Shown here one piece after another: positions 8,401-14,537 of a stretch of DNA of 32,000 nucleotides; position 1 is the stretch's first letter; each line of letters starts with the position of its first letter. A program made the translations under genes and the position numbers. The stretch is from Marinomonas maritima (GTDB taxonomy: Bacteria; Pseudomonadota; Gammaproteobacteria; Pseudomonadales; Marinomonadaceae): positions 1,063,484 through 1,095,483 of the forward strand of contig NZ_JAMZEG020000002.1 in NCBI RefSeq assembly GCF_024435075.2. Reading direction: 5' to 3'. The notes under the pieces are model-generated. The model was not told the origin of the DNA. It did not search any database and saw nothing but the letters and a program-made list of their open reading frames with translations.

Positions 8401-11400
8401 CCCGCATTACGCTGCGCTTGCAGCAATACATTTATTTGCCCTTGCACTGAAGGGGCGTAATAGCTCACTTTATCATTGCCATCATTATTAATGGCACTCC
8501 CTTTGATGACGGCATAAATGCGATCGCCATCCGCTTTCGCCCTAGTGAGTAGCTTTAACACGACGATACCCACACCATTGGCAGGTACCGTTCCACTTGC
8601 ACCTTGGCTAAACGGTTTACAATGACCGTCACGAGAAAGGATCATTCCTTGACGATAATGATAGCCTTCAAGCAGCGCCATATCTGCATTGGTTCCCCCT
8701 GCAAGACACACCTCACTGTCACCACTTCGTAGTTGTTGACAAGCTTGGTGAATCGCAACGAGTGAACTCGAACACGCTGATTGTACTGTGATGGCCGGGC
8801 CTTTTAAATTTAAGTGATACGCTAGTCGAGTCGCTAGGTGGTCCTTCTCATTAAGTAGGGAAAGCTGGTAACGATCCGGTGAATCACCTTCGGTGGAGCG
8901 TTCAATAATGCGCTGCTGATAACTGTTGTCACTGGCACACATCACCACGCCTATCTTGTGGTTAGACGAGTCTGGTGAAATACCGGCATTTTCAAGTGCA
9001 TGCACCGCACTCATTAATCCGTGCCGATGTTGAGGGTCCATTAATTTAGCTTCTTGATCAGACAAGCCAAAATAACCGGGGTCAAAATCAGCCAACCCAC
9101 TCATACTCGATATAACGCCCATCCAGTTATCATCTTGATGAGCTGAGGAGTCAAACGTTTCAATGCATTCCTTACCCGACTTAATGGCCTGCCAAAACTC
9201 CGCCAAATTATCAGCACCAGGCAGGCGCACCGCCATACCAATCACCGCTACCTCATCTTGATAAGTCGATTGCATTGGCGCTTTATGATGCACCGGCTGG
9301 CTTTCTTCCAACTGTCGATTCGGGTAAAGATTTTTTTGTAGGTGCTGGGCAAGAGTTGAAATAGATGGGTAATTAAAAAGATCCACCAAAGCAAGCACTT
9401 GGCCGTCGGGCATAAGGCGATTGTCTTTGACGAGCTGACCGTGCACTTTCATCAATAATAGGGAGTTTGCGCCAGCTTCAAAAAAACTTTTTTCCAAGTC
9501 AATCGAATAACCGAGTACGGAGGTAAACGCGGTATTAATGATGGTAGAAATCATGTCAACATTGAATATATCAACGGCTAAGTTATCTCTTGTTTTACGG
9601 ATCGCCTTCGATGGTGTCGAAAAATCGGGAGACGGAAATGCTGCTCGATCAATTTTACCATTGTTTGTTATTGGGAAGGCTTCGACACAAATGCATAAAG
9701 CCGGCACCATGTAAGCAGGTAATGCCGCCTTGGCCATTTCAGACAGTTCTAAGGGCAGCTGTTCATTCCCTTGTTTAGATTTAACATAAGCAATTAACAG
9801 TTGTTCGCCATGCGATGCGGTATGTGTTGTAACAATGCATTGTTCCACATTTTTATGCTGGCAAAGACAATTTTCGATTTCACCTAATTCGATCCGAAGC
9901 CCATTAATCTTAACTTGAAAATCTTTGCGGCCGATAAGCTCAACCACACCCTCTGGCAACCACTTAGCTAAGTCACCACTTTGGTACATTCGCTCACCAT
10001 TAATTGCAAATGGATCGACCGAGTATCTTTCATTGGTTAACGTAAGGTTATTGAGATAACCTCTGGTCACATTTTCCCCCGCGATGTACAGTTCACCAAC
10101 GATACCAATAGGCACCATGTTTTTGTGTTCGTCCAAAATGTAAAGTCGGTTATTGTCGAGGGGCTTACCGATATGGATTCGATCAGTATCTAATTTAATT
10201 TCAGCACCAGAGCAATAAACGGTGGCTTCTGAAGGTCCGTATAAATTAAAAAGCCTCGCATCATTGTCACCACCAAGCAGTAAATCTCGTAATTGATTCG
10301 TTAAATGGTCGCCTCCGGTGATCATTCTTAAACGGTCAGTGGGTTGCCAACCAAAATCCATTAGCATCCGCCAAGTCGCTGGCGTAGCTTGCATGATAGA
10401 AATGTCTAAATGTTTTTGGCACGCAGCAAGTTTGGCAGGAGTATGTACCTCGTCCCAATCTAAAATGGCAACTTTCGCCCCGCAAATAAGAGGGAGATAA
10501 ATTTCCGTGACATGAATATCAAAACTCAAAGAGGTAATTGATGGAATGGTATCTTGTGCCGAAAAACCCAACATATCCTTTAATGAAAACAAAAGGTTAC
10601 TGATATTTCTGTGTTCGATCATTACCCCTTTGGGTTGACCTGTGGTCCCGGACGTGAAGATAACAAAGGCGAGATTCTTTGGACCGAAAGACTGTGGTCT
10701 AATTGGATCCTGAATCGGTTGTGAACCTATCGACTCCCATAATAAATCATCTAATAATAAGACATCATTAACGCCGTCACCCAAGCCCTCCTTAATGGCT
10801 CCACAAGCTAACAGGATATCCGCTCCGCTCTCTTGGATTATATTTTTTAACCTGTTAACTGGGTTGCGCGAATCCAATGGTAAGTAAGCGGCTCCAACTT
10901 TTAATATAGCGAGAACCCCGAGCACTGTATTCAATGACCAAGCACCTACTAGACCAACAATATCACCTGGACCTGCGCCTAAATCGATTAGTTTATGGGC
11001 TAATTTATTAGCGCGAATATTAAGTTCTTGGTAAGTAAGGTGATGCCGACGATTATCACCTTCAAGCCATACACAAGCTATTTCGGCTGGCGTACGCTGA
11101 ACCTGAGCTTCAAAAAGGTCAGGGAAAGTAAGCTCCTTCGGGTAATCAACCTGAGTATCATTCCAACGCTTTATTTTCGCCTGTACGTCATCTGACACTA
11201 AAGCAATACGGCTAATATCTTTGTGTGGAGCTGCCAATACGTCATCGATAATGTCGTGAACGCTATCATTGGCTAATAAACCTGCATGAAGATGACTCTC
11301 TTCGGCCGAATGCGTTAACTGGCCTAGATGCGTTGAAAACTCATCCGTAAACGAAAGCAAATAGGATTGAAATTTGGATAAAATCCAATCCGCCACTTCG

Positions 11401-14400
11401 CTGTTGAGCAAAGACGTATTGTATTCCAAACAAAGGCCAGCCGAGCCGTTGTTCTCGGTAATAAACAAAGTCATTGGAAATTTGGCCTCACCGTTAAATC
11501 CGGTTTCAGCCTGAATGTTTGTCAATGGAAACTGAAGGTGACTTAGATCTGTGTTTTCGAGCACCATCATACAGTCAAACAATGGATTCATTGACGTTCG
11601 TCGCGGTAACATTGAAACAATATCTTCAAAATCAATATCTTGATTCTTCTGTGTTTCGACTACATGTCGGTGAACGGCCTGGATATAGTGATCGACCGTC
11701 ATCATGGGATTGATATCCGTATGAAAAACACTGGTGTTGACGAACATTCCTATTAGCTGTTCATAATCACCTGCCCCTCTATTTGCGATGGGCGAACCGA
11801 CAGAAATAACATCACGCTTAAAATATTGGCTTAATGCCAAACTATAGGCAGCAAGGGTATAACTGAAGAGGGTAACACTTTCATGCTTAACCGTTTCTTT
11901 TATGGTTTGCCATTGCGCAGAGTCAATGTGTGATGTTGCAATCGCACCTAATTGCGCCGACGCGCCGGTTTGCGCAAATAACGGTGCATTATCCGCTACA
12001 TTATCAATTCTATGTTGCCAGTACTTATGCTGAACAAGAAGCTCATTTGACTGTCTGTATTCACGTGAAAAGGCGCAAAAATCATCATAAGTATTACGCA
12101 ATTCAGGCAGGACTAATGGCTCACCCGTCACTTGCGCCAAATACAATTGGCTTAACTCTTCAAGCAACACATTCAGACTCCAACCATCAATAATAAGGTG
12201 ATGAAAGGACATGGCGAGGATTTGTGTATCTTCTCCCTGAATACTAAATAGGCGAAGATTAGCTAATACCCCCTTTTCAATATCAAATACTTGGCAGGAA
12301 AACCTATTTAACGCTACCAAGAGATCTGTTCTCTTTATCTGTTGCTGGTTTATCTTAACTAGCCCTGCGTTCATCTCACGAGTAACGGCGAATATCTCTC
12401 CATTTTCCAATTCAAAACAACTTCTGAGGGTAGCGTGCCGCTCAACCAGATGACGCCATGCTTCTTGAAGAGCACCATATTCCAGCGGTTTGTCTAAGTA
12501 AAAAAAATACGGTGCGCTATACGCGCTAGACAAAGGATTCAAATAGTACAAAAAAGCCAACCTTTGCTGCTCTGCCGACGCTAAATATTTTGCAGGCGTA
12601 ACTTTTGCTAACTCAGTGAGCTGATGGCTAATCTTTGGTTTCTTTTCAAGTATCGCAAATAACTCCAGCAAAGAAATAGGCTGCAAGATTTCACCGACAG
12701 TAACACCGATTGAAAGTCGATTTTTCAGAGCAGAAGCGAGTCTCATGGCTCTTAATGAATCGCCACCAGATTCGATAAAGGTTAGATCTAAAGCCGGCAG
12801 TGAGGAAATCCCCAATATCGTTGCGCATTGATTAGCAATGGCTAATCCTCTATCAGGCGCGCATTGCAGGATTAATCTTTCTTTTTCTACCAAGCTCATG
12901 GTCGCGGATAACAGCTCTTCAGACTGCATCACGCTCAATGCTTTTCTGTCTAGTTTACCGTTTGCGTTTAAGGGGATATGAGTAACAGAAAAAAAGCGGT
13001 GTGGCGTCATATAATCAGGTAATTGTGAACGCACATGGCCACGTATTTCGGACTGGGTTAACACAACATCAGAAACCAAATAGGCATGTAAATCCGCACT
13101 GTTATTTTCTTGGACAACCGCCAATGTTACCGCTTGAGTCACCTTAGGGTGAGAAAGTAATTGATTGTCTATTTCGGAAGTTTCGATCCGGTGACCACGA
13201 ATTTTTACTTGTTGGTCGGCGCGACCTAAATACTCGATCTGCTTATTCCCATTAATAAGCGCTAAATCCCCTGTGCGATACCAGCGTTTTGATGGATCTA
13301 ACCAAGACAAGTGAACAAATTTCTCACTGGTAAGCTTAGCATCCTTGTTATAGCCTTGAGCAAGCCCCTCTCCGGAAATATATATTTCACCTTGCTCCTC
13401 CATTTCCGCCAATCTATCCTGACCAACAACAACGATAACTTGAGTACGCTTAATACTTTGACCAATGGGTACTCTGCCAACTTTTATATAATGATCGACC
13501 AACGCACTGTCTAGTGGGTAACACGTACTAAATGTAGTGCACTCTGTTGGACCATAACCGTTATACAGCTGAGAAGTTAACTGACCACCAATACGTTGGC
13601 ATGCTTGATAATATACTTTAGCGGATAGTGGCGTGAACGCCTCCCCCCCTACTACTACATGTTTGATCTTGGTGACTTGCTGTACTTTTACTTCCACCAA
13701 AAGGTTAAATAGTGACGCGGTGATGAAAGCCACGTCCAAATCGCTGTTTTCAATTTTTTCGGCAAGCCGATCCGTATCGGTCAGTTCTGCCTGACTAAAC
13801 ACCACCAACGTGGCGCCATTTAACAGTGATCCCCAAACCTCAAAGGTCAACGCATCAAAAGTAGGATTGGCGAAGTTGGCCATCCGATCCCCTGCCGAAA
13901 GGGGCACATAAGTTGGCTGGCAAGCTACATTTAAAACCCCGCGCTGTTCAACTAAAACACCTTTGGGTTCCCCGGTAGACCCCGAGGTAAAAAAGATACA
14001 AGCAAGTGGATTGGTTTGTTTAAGAAGGCGCACATCAGCCCCCAGCTCGACAGACTCAATTAAGCTTTCTGCCTGAAAAGCACGGATATTTTCCTGATGA
14101 TAATCGTCAACGTTATTCGCTCCCGTAACGATACACTTAGCATCCGATAACGACAGAACGCGTCGACGCCGGATAAGGGGCGCGGTGGGATCAAGAGGCA
14201 CATAACAGGCGCCACACTTAAGAATCGCCACCAAGGTAGCCGTCAACAATAGTGATCGAGGCAGACTAACCGCTACCTGACCACCACCGATAACCCCATG
14301 ATTAATAAGGTTAAACGCGATGTTATCCGACAGTTTATCCAACGATTGATAGCTGGTTAGTTGCTCACCCTCCTCAACGGCGATGTACTCTCCATATTGC

Positions 14401-14483
14401 TGTACGATATGGCGAAATTGCTCGACAATAGAGACTTCAGCCCCTTCTTCTAACAGTTTGTCAAAATTTCTGATGTCTTCCAT
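5445..14483 (-). CDS. Hybrid NRPS-PKS megasynthase (NRPS/PKS-3), 3012 aa: A-T-C-A-T-KS-KR-ACP-TE
   Basis: ATG at 14483 and TAA at 5445-5447. All core motifs were read by hand; see the domain entries below. Confidence 0.97.
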   Translation of the reverse strand: MEDIRNFDKLLEEGAEVSIVEQFRHIVQQYGEYIAVEEGEQLTSYQSLDKLSDNIAFNLINHGVIGGGQVAVSLPRSLLLTATLVAILKCGACYVPLDPTAPLIRRRRVLSLSDAKCIVTGANNVDDYHQENIRAFQAESLIESVELGADVRLLKQTNPLACIFFTSGSTGEPKGVLVEQRGVLNVACQPTYVPLSAGDRMANFANPTFDALTFEVWGSLLNGATLVVFSQAELTDTDRLAEKIENSDLDVAFITASLFNLLVEVKVQQVTKIKHVVVGGEAFTPLSAKVYYQACQRIGGQLTSQLYNGYGPTECTTFSTCYPLDSALVDHYIKVGRVPIGQSIKRTQVIVVVGQDRLAEMEEQGEIYISGEGLAQGYNKDAKLTSEKFVHLSWLDPSKRWYRTGDLALINGNKQIEYLGRADQQVKIRGHRIETSEIDNQLLSHPKVTQAVTLAVVQENNSADLHAYLVSDVVLTQSEIRGHVRSQLPDYMTPHRFFSVTHIPLNANGKLDRKALSVMQSEELLSATMSLVEKERLILQCAPDRGLAIANQCATILGISSLPALDLTFIESGGDSLRAMRLASALKNRLSIGVTVGEILQPISLLELFAILEKKPKISHQLTELAKVTPAKYLASAEQQRLAFLYYLNPLSSAYSAPYFFYLDKPLEYGALQEAWRHLVERHATLRSCFELENGEIFAVTREMNAGLVKINQQQIKRTDLLVALNRFSCQVFDIEKGVLANLRLFSIQGEDTQILAMSFHHLIIDGWSLNVLLEELSQLYLAQVTGEPLVLPELRNTYDDFCAFSREYRQSNELLVQHKYWQHRIDNVADNAPLFAQTGASAQLGAIATSHIDSAQWQTIKETVKHESVTLFSYTLAAYSLALSQYFKRDVISVGSPIANRGAGDYEQLIGMFVNTSVFHTDINPMMTVDHYIQAVHRHVVETQKNQDIDFEDIVSMLPRRTSMNPLFDCMMVLENTDLSHLQFPLTNIQAETGFNGEAKFPMTLFITENNGSAGLCLEYNTSLLNSEVADWILSKFQSYLLSFTDEFSTHLGQLTHSAEESHLHAGLLANDSVHDIIDDVLAAPHKDISRIALVSDDVQAKIKRWNDTQVDYPKELTFPDLFEAQVQRTPAEIACVWLEGDNRRHHLTYQELNIRANKLAHKLIDLGAGPGDIVGLVGAWSLNTVLGVLAILKVGAAYLPLDSRNPVNRLKNIIQESGADILLACGAIKEGLGDGVNDVLLLDDLLWESIGSQPIQDPIRPQSFGPKNLAFVIFTSGTTGQPKGVMIEHRNISNLLFSLKDMLGFSAQDTIPSITSLSFDIHVTEIYLPLICGAKVAILDWDEVHTPAKLAACQKHLDISIMQATPATWRMLMDFGWQPTDRLRMITGGDHLTNQLRDLLLGGDNDARLFNLYGPSEATVYCSGAEIKLDTDRIHIGKPLDNNRLYILDEHKNMVPIGIVGELYIAGENVTRGYLNNLTLTNERYSVDPFAINGERMYQSGDLAKWLPEGVVELIGRKDFQVKINGLRIELGEIENCLCQHKNVEQCIVTTHTASHGEQLLIAYVKSKQGNEQLPLELSEMAKAALPAYMVPALCICVEAFPITNNGKIDRAAFPSPDFSTPSKAIRKTRDNLAVDIFNVDMISTIINTAFTSVLGYSIDLEKSFFEAGANSLLLMKVHGQLVKDNRLMPDGQVLALVDLFNYPSISTLAQHLQKNLYPNRQLEESQPVHHKAPMQSTYQDEVAVIGMAVRLPGADNLAEFWQAIKSGKECIETFDSSAHQDDNWMGVISSMSGLADFDPGYFGLSDQEAKLMDPQHRHGLMSAVHALENAGISPDSSNHKIGVVMCASDNSYQQRIIERSTEGDSPDRYQLSLLNEKDHLATRLAYHLNLKGPAITVQSACSSSLVAIHQACQQLRSGDSEVCLAGGTNADMALLEGYHYRQGMILSRDGHCKPFSQGASGTVPANGVGIVVLKLLTRAKADGDRIYAVIKGSAINNDGNDKVSYYAPSVQGQINVLLQAQRNAGVTSEQISYVEAHGTGTELGDPIEMKALSDAFAENSNQQQTSGTCALGSVKSQMGHLGSAAGVTGFIRTALSLYHSVLPPTLWADTPNTNIDFSASRFYLNSTSRPWRGANRFAGVSSFGMGGTNAHAILSSMPEDYRPASEAPAWDAASFSFNCQTYLSKWHCDQSELGSVDVLPEQASFDPLPESQWLMQEQWVRAYSVQRHSVNQKQYLVIDDIHERGKSVTSGLRANGHQVQYIDGISSAIERLPVLSLFSQPLTIVNMTFGDQDPEGNPMHMGSGEVLLSIVTLLQVWEQRPQRQPLFLINVVSGSANVLGEETLNPNIGLLLGLAQTIPLELERIEYRVLDILPALSSEHLLYAIEGLEQNPADDAYHFAVRGRYVWRKEYQTLPQYLSPSKKFISDGVYLITGGTGGIGQIIAEHLQATRDARVILLSRTATETILHPGKSIQQLRCDVSKREDMVHVANQVLGQFGKVTGIIHAAGSAGGGMIRLMEPGAATANMAAKILGAINIDSELLILEPEFIAYCSSMSAVHGVAGQTDYCAANHFLDLYAKMQNQRIDGPQFISINWPTWRGTGMAEHVKEIDFSISPAQGVALLDTLVNGGDAQYLISPLAHQNAKRFFSTLHAGNSNVADSLKNHSKDMSTSVYLSSLFTDILGFDEVDEDECFYDLGGDSLTLLDLFDGINVLFPNKVRLADLTQNVTIRRIEEVLSTSSEANVISHLEEGIITCLKEGDGSLGCDIVIHPIGGDLMGYREWIDVMPDGRAIYGIRDPLLSPNTPQAQMMTVEAMAEHYVDLIQSYQPVRIIGWSFGAFIAWQMTRMLEKLGQSVPLVMIDPPTLSGVQNSGPVLDNKVFIDEIIQQYPRLKGKLNPKSSPEEVANTLYPLSKRQSQQEERSQAQWYIERVITACRKNAAAISAFQPQGKVAANTLLCIATQHIDDERVKASWQPYLGQIQYHGITADHYSILQGEGAKHIMRLMTDK
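5448..6191 (-). other. NRPS/PKS-3 C-terminal thioesterase domain
   Basis: IVIHPIGGDLMGY. GxSxG is present as GWSFG, with the Ser2839 codon at 5967-5969 verified. Asp in VMIDPP and His in TADHYSIL. Confidence 0.9.
6249..6476 (-). other. NRPS/PKS-3 acyl carrier protein domain
   Basis: FYDLGGDSLTLLDLF. The Ser2704 codon at 6372-6374 was verified. Confidence 0.88.
6654..7193 (-). other. NRPS/PKS-3 ketoreductase catalytic subdomain
   Basis: NADPH motif TGGTGGIG. Ser in CSSMSA. YCAAN is present, with the Tyr2570 codon at 6774-6776 verified. Confidence 0.85.
7194..8003 (-). other. KS-to-KR interdomain region (probable KR structural subdomain); contains no AT
   Basis: About 270 aa. It has no GHSxG, no AT-type (Y/H)ASH motif and no AT arginine motif. 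Confidence 0.6.
8004..9257 (-). other. NRPS/PKS-3 ketosynthase domain
   Basis: EVAVIGMAVRLPGA. The active-site motif is QSACSSSLVA, with the Cys1904 codon at 8772-8774 verified. EAHGTGT (His2040) and KSQMGHLGSAAG (His2083) complete an intact Cys-His-His triad. Confidence 0.92.
9339..9581 (-). other. NRPS/PKS-3 thiolation domain 2 (feeds the KS)
   Basis: FFEAGANSLLLMKVH. The Ser1674 codon at 9462-9464 was verified. Confidence 0.88.
9639..11141 (-). other. NRPS/PKS-3 adenylation domain, module 2
   Basis: Cores LTYQELN, LKVGAAYLPLD, FTSGTTGQPKGV, SFDIH, NLYGPSEAT, YQSGDLAKW, GRKDFQVKINGLRIELGEIE, NGKIDRAAF. The hand-read pocket DITQIGLVYK is Gly-like (tentative). It is a paralogue of the NRPS-2 module-3 A domain. 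Confidence 0.88.
11304..12596 (-). other. NRPS/PKS-3 condensation domain (LCL-like)
   Basis: HHLIIDGWS at aa 761-769. The C1-like motif is SAEQQRLAFLYYL. Confidence 0.88.
12654..12881 (-). other. NRPS/PKS-3 thiolation domain 1
   Basis: FIESGGDSLRAMRLA. The Ser576 codon at 12756-12758 was verified. Confidence 0.88.
12939..14441 (-). other. NRPS/PKS-3 adenylation domain, module 1 (second initiation module)
   Basis: Cores LTSYQSLD, LKCGACYVPLD, FTSGSTGEPKGV, FDAL, NGYGPTECT, YRTGDLALI, GRADQQVKIRGHRIETSEID, NGKLDRKAL. The hand-read pocket DAFFVGGTFK is close to the Val code DAFWIGGTFK. This assignment is tentative. Confidence 0.88.
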
Positions 14484-14537
14484 TATATTATCTACTCATC
14501 AAGTCTAAACGATTAAAACGACACTCGCTGTCACAGC

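Noticed and set aside
14484-14537. A weak GACA-GCGAG-TGTC hairpin followed by TTTT (minus strand) in the NRPS-2/NRPS-PKS-3 spacer, considered as an internal terminator or attenuator.
   Set aside because: The stem is only 4 bp, which is too weak to call. Co-transcription of the two genes is the default assumption.
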